Below, piece by piece: positions 18,710 through 26,040 of a stretch of DNA of 30,091 nucleotides; position 1 is the stretch's first letter; every line of letters begins with the position of its first letter. The stretch lies in the IMG/VR virus record IMGVR_UViG_3300026983_000028, positions 1-30,091 of that record; one strand, 5' to 3'. The notes under the pieces are model-generated. The model had not been told where the DNA came from. It ran no database searches and saw only the letters and a program-made list of their open reading frames with translations. The stretch comes from a virus. Its lineage: Duplodnaviria; Caudoviricetes. Both the position numbers and the translations under genes were made by a program.

Positions 18710-19611
18710 GAGAATAGCCCCATAGGTTTTACCACGGCCTTCTGCCATGGTGGATTGTTCCACATGTCAATGTTCCAGCAGATACGCGCTGCGTAATCAT
18801 GCGCCAGCTGCTCCTCGGTGTAACCGTGCTGGTGTATCAGCTGCAACATGTAGTCTCGTTCGTGCATGTTGCTTAGGTGCTTGCCCTGATTCTTACGGTC
18901 AGGCGCTGTGCCGCTAACCGGTAGCGGCTTGAGCTTGTTGCCCACAGGGAACAGGATGCTGCCCATAGCAGCCACCATGAGCCAGCCTGAGCTATCAACG
19001 CTGTACCAGTCGATCTGGCTAAGCATGGCGTTACCGGTTGCTGCCAGCCCATGGAAGAAAAAGCCCGGCACCATGGCTTCGCGTGCCCACGCAAGGCGCT
19101 GCCCTTCACTAAGGTCTTGGTTCATGGACAGGCACATGTACTGCGTGTGCTGCAGGTACCGGTCACGAATGTGCCTGGCTTCACCACTGTGGTAAACGGG
19201 AAGTATGTGGCGCCCGGGGAAACAGGTTTGCATGTAGCGGAAGTTGACGTAAGATTCTTCTACGCACTTGTCGATCTCGACTTGGGTAGCCATGCGGCCA
19301 CGGCTCCCCGGAATAACGTCTAGTGCAATGAACACAAAGTTGTGATGCGGGTACCGCTGCAGTAAATCGTAGTCGTAAGCCACCAAGTCCTGTAGTTGTA
19401 CCGGCTTGCCGATATTCCAACTGGTAAACGCGCCGCTATCCAACATGATGTTGGCGCGCACTCCCCGCTTATCACATTCGGCCAAGTATTCATGGACTTC
19501 CTTGGGCGCAGCAAACGTGAATAAGCGGTACACGTTTGTACTCACAAGTCGGTCCACGACGCTTGGATGCGTCATGGACCCTGAAAAGTACATGATGGTC
19601 TTGTGTGTCAC
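18706..19611 (-). CDS. dpdA: DpdA-like 7-deazaguanine DNA transglycosylase (TGT fold)
   Basis: Motifs LDSGAFT, LDVIP, PVYH.GE, HGLA and SVDSSGW. Translationally coupled to queC (GTGA). Confidence 0.8.
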   Translation of the reverse strand: MTHKTIMYFSGSMTHPSVVDRLVSTNVYRLFTFAAPKEVHEYLAECDKRGVRANIMLDSGAFTSWNIGKPVQLQDLVAYDYDLLQRYPHHNFVFIALDVIPGSRGRMATQVEIDKCVEESYVNFRYMQTCFPGRHILPVYHSGEARHIRDRYLQHTQYMCLSMNQDLSEGQRLAWAREAMVPGFFFHGLAATGNAMLSQIDWYSVDSSGWLMVAAMGSILFPVGNKLKPLPVSGTAPDRKNQGKHLSNMHERDYMLQLIHQHGYTEEQLAHDYAARICWNIDMWNNPPWQKAVVKPMGLFS

Positions 19612-20342
19612 AGCACCCAGCCTTTTTCGCGGAACAATGCGCCAGCTACCTCCAGCCTGCGGTCATCGTTGTAATCGCGCAGCTTCACCTTCCACTCTTC
19701 GTACGACAACCAGTTGGCCGGATTGTGGTCGAAGTGGCATTGGTGATCAATGTTGTTGTTGACCAATGCCACCCACCGCTTAAAGCAGCTGGGGCAGGCG
19801 CCGCAGTGCTTCAGCGTAGGGCTGTAGCAGCTTACCGTGTTGAGCAAGTCCATAACCGGCTTGCCTAGCGCAAGATAGGCAGCCACCAACTGCGACTTGG
19901 TGAAGTTAGCCACAGGGGTACAGATGTTGAAATGGCGCCCTGCCGTCCAATACTGCGGGCGGTGGCTAATGTTCAACACGTCTTGCATGGCCTTGAAAAA
20001 CTCGGGGCTCTTGTCGCTGTTGATTTCACCCGCCAGCACGGCCAGATAAATGTCGTCGCCGTATTGGGCTGCCGCCAATATCAACTCTGCGTTGCGGAAC
20101 GGGATAATCCCGCTGGCGTGCTCATACACGCCAAGGTTCTGCAGCGTCACAGTTTCCAACTTGGCGCCACAGCTGCGGGCGCTGGCAGTAGCCGCCACCA
20201 GCTCCTTAGCCATGTACTTCTGCCCCACGTCCACGAAGAGGTGGGTAGCACCTGCCAACGTGGGGCACAGGTGCGCCATGAGGAACGTATCCATGCCGCC
20301 GCTATTGAGCACAACCGTTTTGACATTGACCTTGATCTGCAT
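19608..20342 (-). CDS. queC: 7-cyano-7-deazaguanine synthase
   Basis: PP-loop SGGMDT, IPFRN, TK and Zn-binding SCY...HCGACPSC. Likely start is ATG 20342. Confidence 0.9.
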   Translation of the reverse strand: MQIKVNVKTVVLNSGGMDTFLMAHLCPTLAGATHLFVDVGQKYMAKELVAATASARSCGAKLETVTLQNLGVYEHASGIIPFRNAELILAAAQYGDDIYLAVLAGEINSDKSPEFFKAMQDVLNISHRPQYWTAGRHFNICTPVANFTKSQLVAAYLALGKPVMDLLNTVSCYSPTLKHCGACPSCFKRWVALVNNNIDHQCHFDHNPANWLSYEEWKVKLRDYNDDRRLEVAGALFREKGWVL

Positions 20343-20343
20343 G

Positions 20344-20919
20344 TCATTTCCTCGCAAGGGCCAAGAACTCTGAGCGCACACGTGCATCGGTGCGGAACAA
20401 CCCATGCATGCTGCTGGTAATGGTTTCACTGCCACATTGCTTCACGCCACGGCTTTCCATGCAGAAGTGCCGGGCCTTGATAACCACACCGCAGCCCAGC
20501 GGCTTGAGATGCTCCATCATAGCTGTGGCAATCTGGTTAGTCATGCGCTCCTGCACTTGCAGCCGACGTGCAAAAATGTCCACGAGGCGGCTAAGCTTGC
20601 TAAGACCGACAATGCGACCAGAAGGAAGATAGCCCACTGTGGCATGCCCGAAAATTGGAGCAAGGTGGTGTTCGCAATGGCTGTAGACAGGGATACCCGC
20701 CACCACAACCATTTCATCGCAGCCTTGCGCCCCGTCTTCAAATACCTTGAGCACATCTGCGGGATCTTTGTTGTAACCACTGGTCCACTCCTGCCATGCC
20801 TTAGCGGCACGCATAGGTGTTTCTTCCAATCCTTGCCGCGTGGGATCGGGGTCAATACGTTCGAGCAACTGCTTCAGGTATCCAGCCAACCGGGCCGGGT
20901 TGCTTGCGCGCATATCCAT
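20344..20919 (-). CDS. folE: GTP cyclohydrolase I
   Basis: Motifs GLEETP.R, SHCEHHLAP, GLSKLSR, RRLQVQER.T and H.CM..RGV. Confidence 0.95.
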   Translation of the reverse strand: MDMRASNPARLAGYLKQLLERIDPDPTRQGLEETPMRAAKAWQEWTSGYNKDPADVLKVFEDGAQGCDEMVVVAGIPVYSHCEHHLAPIFGHATVGYLPSGRIVGLSKLSRLVDIFARRLQVQERMTNQIATAMMEHLKPLGCGVVIKARHFCMESRGVKQCGSETITSSMHGLFRTDARVRSEFLALARK

Positions 20920-21392
20920 TACACGTCCTCTCGAAAGTAGCTAGCCATGCACTTGCGGGTTTCCTCGATCTTGACACCCCACAACACCACGCCCGTACCT
21001 TGCAGCTGCTTGGGGCCAACCACCTCCACCAAGTGCTGCGCCATGTTTTCGGCCGTGGGGTTGAAGGGCACCCACACAGTAGAGTCGCCAACAATCTGTG
21101 CCGTCTCGTCATCAGCAATGGGGGTTTGTAGCAGCAGACTACGCATCTGCCAATCGTGGTCCCACAGCAGCATCTTGTGGTCCCAGTTGTTTTCAACCCA
21201 CATGCACAACAAATCCTTCATTACGCCGAAATCGATGACGCGGCCAAGTTCGTCCAAGTGCGGATCCAATTTTTCGGTCGCGCATACGAACGTGATGCGG
21301 TAGTTGTGACCGTGCAGGTGGCGGCACTTGTTTTCGTGTCCCGCAACCCTGTGCCCACAGGAAATGTCGTGGTAGCGTTCAACTGTGTGCAT
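20919..21392 (-). CDS. queD: 6-carboxy-5,6,7,8-tetrahydropterin synthase
   Basis: Motifs GH...C..LHGHNY, VIDF, WDH, NPTAEN and EET. ATG 21392 overlaps the queE stop (TAATG) and follows an AGGAG RBS. Confidence 0.92.
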   Translation of the reverse strand: MHTVERYHDISCGHRVAGHENKCRHLHGHNYRITFVCATEKLDPHLDELGRVIDFGVMKDLLCMWVENNWDHKMLLWDHDWQMRSLLLQTPIADDETAQIVGDSTVWVPFNPTAENMAQHLVEVVGPKQLQGTGVVLWGVKIEETRKCMASYFREDV

Positions 21393-22099
21393 TACGGCAC
21401 TCCTACGATCTTGTGGATTTGGATGCACAGCTTGTAGCCGTGCTTCATAGCGCTGGCGGTGGCAAGAGTGAGGTTGCGCGTATTGGCAGCCGTGTTACGG
21501 CTGTCCTGCGGCTGTATGTAAACCGCGGCCGAGTGATCCTTGGGCTTGCGGAATACACGCTCGCCCGGGTGGCCCAGCACACGCAGCGGCAACCCATCCT
21601 CGCTATCCATGCTGTCCTCGCCCAGCACGTACTTAAAGGCGTGGATGTGGGGTAGCAGCTGCTTGTGCACATTGCCAGTTTTGGGGCTGCACACAATAAA
21701 CAGGCGGCTGCTGTAGAACGGCAGGGGCCGGTGCAAGGTGCCGTTGGTTTCGATCTGCACCGTATAGCCGTCCGACAACAACGCCTCAACCAGCTTGTTG
21801 ATCGGCTGGCGGAAGGGCTCGCCGCCCGTAATAACCACCAGCGGGCGCGGGGCAGCTGGTGCAGCATTCTTCCAGCGGTCCTTAACCGCCTTCACAATGG
21901 CCGTGTACTCCATCATGCTGCGGCTGCTGTACTCCGTATCACATGCAGGGCATTGCAGGTTGCAGCCAGCTAGCCGGATAAACACAGCAGGGCTGCCGGC
22001 GAACGGGCCTTCCCCCTGCACCGTGTAGAAGGTACTGTTGACAGCAAGGCTAGTTCCGCTGGCCGCAACCGGGCCTTCGGGTACTTGGATATTCTTCAT
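21392..22099 (-). CDS. queE: 7-carboxy-7-deazaguanine synthase (radical SAM)
   Basis: Motifs F.TVQGEG...G...FIRLAGCNLQCPACDT, ITGGEP, IETNG, SPK and QIHK. Confidence 0.93.
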   Translation of the reverse strand: MKNIQVPEGPVAASGTSLAVNSTFYTVQGEGPFAGSPAVFIRLAGCNLQCPACDTEYSSRSMMEYTAIVKAVKDRWKNAAPAAPRPLVVITGGEPFRQPINKLVEALLSDGYTVQIETNGTLHRPLPFYSSRLFIVCSPKTGNVHKQLLPHIHAFKYVLGEDSMDSEDGLPLRVLGHPGERVFRKPKDHSAAVYIQPQDSRNTAANTRNLTLATASAMKHGYKLCIQIHKIVGVP

Positions 22100-22107
22100 G
22101 GTTGTCC

Positions 22108-22695
22108 TCAGGGGGCTTTGTAGTCGCCCAGATCAAGATCGGCCCACACGCGGTTGCCTACCAGCTTCACGCGTCCCTTGGTCCAATTGCACACCCAGCT
22201 GCCTTCAGCTGCGCTGGTGTTAATGCGCTTGGGCAAAAATTGAACGTTGGGGTATTGCCGGCGCAGGTACCCGCACATGGCATCAACGCCGTCGTTTTCA
22301 AGTTTGAACAGGCGTACGCGGTTGTTGGTTTCCTGCGCCTTTTGCACGTACTGGGCCAGCAACGTAGTCCAGTCCGGGTTGTGACGCTTGTCGAATGCAG
22401 CGCACCAGTTACGCAGAAAATCGTCGAAACCGCTATCGCGGCCATCGGCGCCCCAACGCATAAGCGTGCTGTGTTTCTTCTTGAACCCCCATGTGTACAT
22501 GGACACAAGACGTGCGTAGGGGTTGCGCAGCATGATGAGCACTGTGGCGCCGTGGTGGCTATCCGGTACTTCGACAGCATGGCGGGGCATCATCTGGTAG
22601 AACGTGCCGCTCTTGGTGAGCGAGCTTTCGAGGCTGAACGTGCCCGTTTTGGTGGCGGTGGGTATGGCAAACCGCTGGTCTGCGCTAAGCAGCAT
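22108..22695 (-). CDS. Sulfotransferase-family protein (Sulfotransfer_2-like)
   Basis: 5'-PSB-like loop TKTGTFSL, 3'-PB-like motif LRNPYARLVSMY, later FKLEN and C-terminal D...GDY. TAAGGA RBS. Confidence 0.65.
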   Translation of the reverse strand: MLLSADQRFAIPTATKTGTFSLESSLTKSGTFYQMMPRHAVEVPDSHHGATVLIMLRNPYARLVSMYTWGFKKKHSTLMRWGADGRDSGFDDFLRNWCAAFDKRHNPDWTTLLAQYVQKAQETNNRVRLFKLENDGVDAMCGYLRRQYPNVQFLPKRINTSAAEGSWVCNWTKGRVKLVGNRVWADLDLGDYKAP

Positions 22696-22714
22696 GGTGT
22701 GGTTCCTTAGGAAT

Positions 22715-22741
22715 ACACCGGGGCTATGACTGCCCCGGTGT
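22715..22741. terminator. Perfect 10-bp hairpin; weak terminator or RNA processing/stability element
   Basis: ACACCGGGGC-TATGACT-GCCCCGGTGT in the intergenic gap. Only AUUCC follows on the - strand. Confidence 0.5.
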
Positions 22742-22763
22742 GGAGTGCTGGGAACGCTTGGGG

Positions 22764-23831
22764 TTAAGCGCGGGCGGGGATCTTGTTGAACTTGCGCCAG
22801 CGCTGGAATCCGGTGCGCAGACTGCCTTCGCTAATCTTGTCGCCGATCTTCTTCTCGATCTCGGCGAACGTAACGTACTCGCCCTTACCCTTCTTGGCCT
22901 GCAGCGCGTCGGCGGCGGACCAAATGGTATCACCCACGCTGCCCGGCTTGGGGCGGCCCTTGCCACTGGCGACGCTGGTGCCTGCACCATTGCGGCTGCC
23001 GCTTGCGCTGGCTGCCTTGCCCTTGGCAGGGGCCTTGGCGGCGCCCTTGCTGGCCGCCTTCTTGGCTGCCGGCTTGGCGGGGGCAGCAGGCTTGGCGGGG
23101 GCCTTGGGCGCAGCCTTCTTGGCCGCAGCCTTCTTCGCTGCCTTGCCCTTGGCGGGCTTGGTGGTTTCCATCACTTCTTCAGCAGTGCTTGCCATGCTGT
23201 TGTCCTCTTCGGTTTGAGTTGACGCGCCAGTGCGCTTGGCAACACTAACAGAAGCAGGCGAGACCGGAACAGTGCCGTCAGGCGGAATATCGGCAATTTC
23301 GTCATAGCGCCGGCCACGCTTGGCATTCAGGTCAATAATCCTGGTGTCAGGCCCACTGGCAACAGGCTTGTTGAGCGTGCCGAACATGCTGCCGTAGGTG
23401 CTGTCGCAGCGGCGACGATTAACCTGCGGGTCCACGGCCCAGCGTGCCACGAAGCGAGCCGGCACCACACCTTCGTCAGTGTTGAAGGCACGCGGCTTGT
23501 CCTCCTCGGGGTAAATAGCGTTGGCTTGGTAGACAATCTTCTCCACGCCAAACGGCAGTTCAAGGTTCGGGGCGTTTTCGATAGCCGCCCGCACTTGCTT
23601 GATGGCATCTCCGTACTTCTTGGTACTGGCTGCCGGCACCGCAATCCCCAGGTGCTTGCCGATGGCAACCAACTCGGCGTGATCAAACTGCGCGAACCCC
23701 TTATTCTCGCCCAACGGCACAATGGTGGTTTCCACATTGGCGAACTGGATATAGGCCAGTGCTGCCAGCGCCTTGTATTCGTCGTGGCGGGCGATAGCGA
23801 AATTGTTCGTGCAGTCAATCAGTGTGTACAT
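22764..23831 (-). CDS. Hypothetical protein: N-terminal domain + histone H1-like Ala/Lys/Pro tract + putative DNA-binding C-domain; nested start at 23195
   Basis: Contains KKAAAKKAAPKAPAKPAAP and C-terminal RPKPGSVGDTIW...FQRWRKF. Internal GAGGA-N7-ATG. Confidence 0.7.
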   Translation of the reverse strand: MYTLIDCTNNFAIARHDEYKALAALAYIQFANVETTIVPLGENKGFAQFDHAELVAIGKHLGIAVPAASTKKYGDAIKQVRAAIENAPNLELPFGVEKIVYQANAIYPEEDKPRAFNTDEGVVPARFVARWAVDPQVNRRRCDSTYGSMFGTLNKPVASGPDTRIIDLNAKRGRRYDEIADIPPDGTVPVSPASVSVAKRTGASTQTEEDNSMASTAEEVMETTKPAKGKAAKKAAAKKAAPKAPAKPAAPAKPAAKKAASKGAAKAPAKGKAASASGSRNGAGTSVASGKGRPKPGSVGDTIWSAADALQAKKGKGEYVTFAEIEKKIGDKISEGSLRTGFQRWRKFNKIPARA

Positions 23832-24027
23832 GTGTTTGCCCCTCGTTTAGTGTGCGGAGTTGGGTACGTGCTGCGTCGTGCATGTCCCGCACCATACGCA
23901 GATACATTTGCTCGCGGCGGACATCCGTGTCCGCCTTTGCGTTGCGTGCATGCCGCACGAAGAGATGCGCCGCCTTAAAGTACGCATAGGCGTCGAACAT
24001 CAGTTCGCGGCGCTGTGCGGCATCCAT
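23815..24027 (-). CDS. Hypothetical protein (70 aa)
   Basis: Fills the gap between the two histone-like genes. AAGGTGGA lies upstream of the ATG. Confidence 0.55.
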   Translation of the reverse strand: MDAAQRRELMFDAYAYFKAAHLFVRHARNAKADTDVRREQMYLRMVRDMHDAARTQLRTLNEGQTHVHTD

Positions 24028-24029
24028 GG

Positions 24030-24713
24030 TTAGTCCACCTTCTGCTTACTGCCGCGACCGCGCACGCCCTGGAAACGGCGCCAGCGGTAGAAGGCAATGG
24101 TGGTGCTGGTGACGTTGAGCCCCAGCTTCTCGCCAGCCGTGCGCGCAGCTTCGACCGTGAGATCAGCTGCCTTGGGCAGCTTGGCCGCCAGCTTGTCATA
24201 CTGTGCCCACAGCTGGTGCCCGACCGTGCCGTCCAGCGGGCGGCGCATGCCGTGCTTAACCTCGCGCTGCTGGTGCCCTGCACGCGGGGTGCTAGCGCGC
24301 TTGCTAGCCGGCTTGGCAGGCTTTGCCGGGGCCTTGGGGGCTGCCTTACGTGCCGCAGGCTTGGCAGGGGCCTTGGGCTTTGCGGCAGGAGCCTTGGGCT
24401 TAGCCACCTTGGCGGGGGCCGTCTTCTTTGCGTTTGAAGCGTTCATAGCTGTTTCCTCATTGGGAGTAGTAGTGGTTGGGTAGCCTGCAATGGTGCCACC
24501 CTTGGCAACGGCCCGGTTGTAAAGCGCATCTATCTGACGCTGCAACTTGCCGTCCGCGTCGCCATAATCGAGCTGCTCATTCTCGAACCCGGCAGCTTCG
24601 TAACACTCAGCACACAGGCGAACGTTTGTGTGCTGAGTATCCCTTGTGTTGCGTGTGCAGGTGCCACATGGAAACGTGCTGCTGCCCTTGTAGAACCGCT
24701 GTGTGCTACCCAT
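24030..24713 (-). CDS. Zn-finger-like N-domain + histone H1-like tract + putative DNA-binding C-domain; nested start at 24446
   Basis: CGTC...CAEC, then KAAPKAPAKPAKP and RRPLDGTVGHQLW...FYRWRRF. Internal GAGGA-N7-ATG. Confidence 0.7.
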   Translation of the reverse strand: MGSTQRFYKGSSTFPCGTCTRNTRDTQHTNVRLCAECYEAAGFENEQLDYGDADGKLQRQIDALYNRAVAKGGTIAGYPTTTTPNEETAMNASNAKKTAPAKVAKPKAPAAKPKAPAKPAARKAAPKAPAKPAKPASKRASTPRAGHQQREVKHGMRRPLDGTVGHQLWAQYDKLAAKLPKAADLTVEAARTAGEKLGLNVTSTTIAFYRWRRFQGVRGRGSKQKVD

Positions 24714-24715
24714 GG

Positions 24716-25345
24716 TTATGCCCCCACCTTGCGCAGCAGCGTGCGCATGCCAGTATCCACATACTGGCCTACCCCGAACACACCGTTGCCAGCCAAGGCC
24801 ACCATGTAGTCGCCGTTAGGCAGCTTACGCACGCTGTACGTGCGGCCATTGGCGGCGCACCACTTGAGCAGCTGGCGTTTGGCCTGCTGGTAAGCAGCAT
24901 CCCGGGCGCGCTGGACCATGCTACGCGGAGCGCGCTGCACCTTGGCAGCTATGGTCACAGCCATGCGGGCCGTGCGCTCTGCCTTGGGCTTGGCGGGCGC
25001 TGCCTTGGGTGCCGGGGTAGCAGCCATGTTGTAGCGCGTAGCATCAAGCTCGCGCAGGGCTGCCGCGTACTTGCGGCGGGTGCTGGGGCTGGCAGCCGCT
25101 TGCAGCTTGGCGATAAGGGCCGCGCGCTGGGCGTGGTAGGCCATGGTTGCCGGCTTGTATGCCCCGCTGGGGGCCGGCGTGCCGCACTTGGCTACCACCG
25201 CAGCAATGTGCTGGCTGTGGGCGCTGGGGGCCGTGTACGTTTGCCCGTTGCCCATGTACACAACAACCGGGGCAGCGGCGGGGGTGGCACTGCCGGTGTT
25301 GCAGGCTGCGCGGCGGGTGGCGGACAGGTGGGTGCGTGCGGACAT
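24716..25345 (-). CDS. Hypothetical Ala/Arg/Lys-rich basic protein (209 aa)
   Basis: AAGGAG RBS before ATG 25345 (MSARTHL). Contains PAPKAAPAKPKA. Confidence 0.6.
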   Translation of the reverse strand: MSARTHLSATRRAACNTGSATPAAAPVVVYMGNGQTYTAPSAHSQHIAAVVAKCGTPAPSGAYKPATMAYHAQRAALIAKLQAAASPSTRRKYAAALRELDATRYNMAATPAPKAAPAKPKAERTARMAVTIAAKVQRAPRSMVQRARDAAYQQAKRQLLKWCAANGRTYSVRKLPNGDYMVALAGNGVFGVGQYVDTGMRTLLRKVGA

Positions 25346-25355
25346 GGCGGGCTCC

Positions 25356-25634
25356 TTAAACCGGGTTGGCAGCAGTGGGGGTGTACGTGCCGGCATCGGC
25401 ACGGCGCAGGCGTTCGTCTTCCAGCACGGCAACCGCGCCACCGTCGCCGTTGCGGCGGGCAATACGCAGGGCAGTATCTACATGGGCGTTGCTGGCATCT
25501 TCCAGCTGCATATACAGCGGCAACCGGGCATTTTCGGCCGCAACCACTTCCCGGTTTCTGGAAGCGCTGTTGTGCACCTTGGCGCTAAGCTGGGCAATAC
25601 TGCTGGCGGTCATATACGTGCTGTAACTGGACAT
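25356..25634 (-). CDS. Hypothetical protein (92 aa), first gene after the promoter
   Basis: AGGGG RBS. Directly downstream of the sigma70-like promoter. Confidence 0.6.
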   Translation of the reverse strand: MSSYSTYMTASSIAQLSAKVHNSASRNREVVAAENARLPLYMQLEDASNAHVDTALRIARRNGDGGAVAVLEDERLRRADAGTYTPTAANPV

Positions 25635-25679
25635 GGGCTACCCCTAGTAGCTAGGCGGGCCAACCCCGCCGGTGAAACA

Positions 25680-25738
25680 AAGGTAGAACACCTTTTTGGT
25701 CTGTTCAATTATTTTTTGAACAATTTTAGAACTTTTTT
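25680..25738 (-). promoter_or_regulatory. Sigma70-like promoter with A-rich UP element and overlapping inverted repeat
   Basis: On the - strand: TTGAAC (25708-25703), 17-nt spacer, TACCTT (25685-25680), with A-tracts upstream. This is the clearest AT-rich intergenic patch in the window. Confidence 0.65.
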
Positions 25739-25803
25739 GCCATGCGCCCTGGGAATGGGGGGATTTGCGGCCAAGGCCCTAAGCAACCCCCGTGCCAAAG
25801 TGT

Positions 25804-26040
25804 TCAAAAAGGCACCTCATCCGGCTCAAACCTCGGGCACCCAAACGCGATAACCCGGGCCGGGGGCCGTACCGGGGGTGTAGCCAGCCCGCATTCTTCC
25901 CTCATGTGCTGGAAATGCAGGCAATGCACGCATGTGCGTCGATTCTGCCTGCTAGCTATCGCCAAGCCCTGCGCCATTGTGTCCACAGCTTGCAGCAATG
26001 CGTGGTCTAGCTGGCTGTATTCCTGTTGCTTAGTACTCAT
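25804..26040 (-). CDS. Small Cys-rich hypothetical protein (78 aa)
   Basis: CVHC..F...C....RPPARVIAFGC with an acidic DEVPF end. Overlaps the helicase gene end. Confidence 0.65.
   Translation of the reverse strand: MSTKQQEYSQLDHALLQAVDTMAQGLAIASRQNRRTCVHCLHFQHMREECGLATPPVRPPARVIAFGCPRFEPDEVPF

Noticed and set aside
18706-22099. Interpretation as a tRNA queuosine pathway
   Set aside because: No queF, queA or queG and no tRNA genes are seen. The transglycosylase resembles phage DpdA and sits beside the clamp and polymerase genes.
22696-22763. Possible preQ1 riboswitch upstream of the que genes
   Set aside because: No preQ1-I-like loop or 3' A-rich tract is visible, only a plain hairpin. An Rfam search would be decisive.
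23010-23160. DNA repeats such as GGCTTGGCGGGGGC
   Set aside because: Explained by Ala/Lys/Pro peptide repeats in the histone-like protein; not an array.
24476-25853. Long + strand ORFs 24476-25588 and 25143-25853
   Set aside because: They lie opposite RBS-supported - strand genes in GC-rich sequence where stops are rare, and have no motifs.
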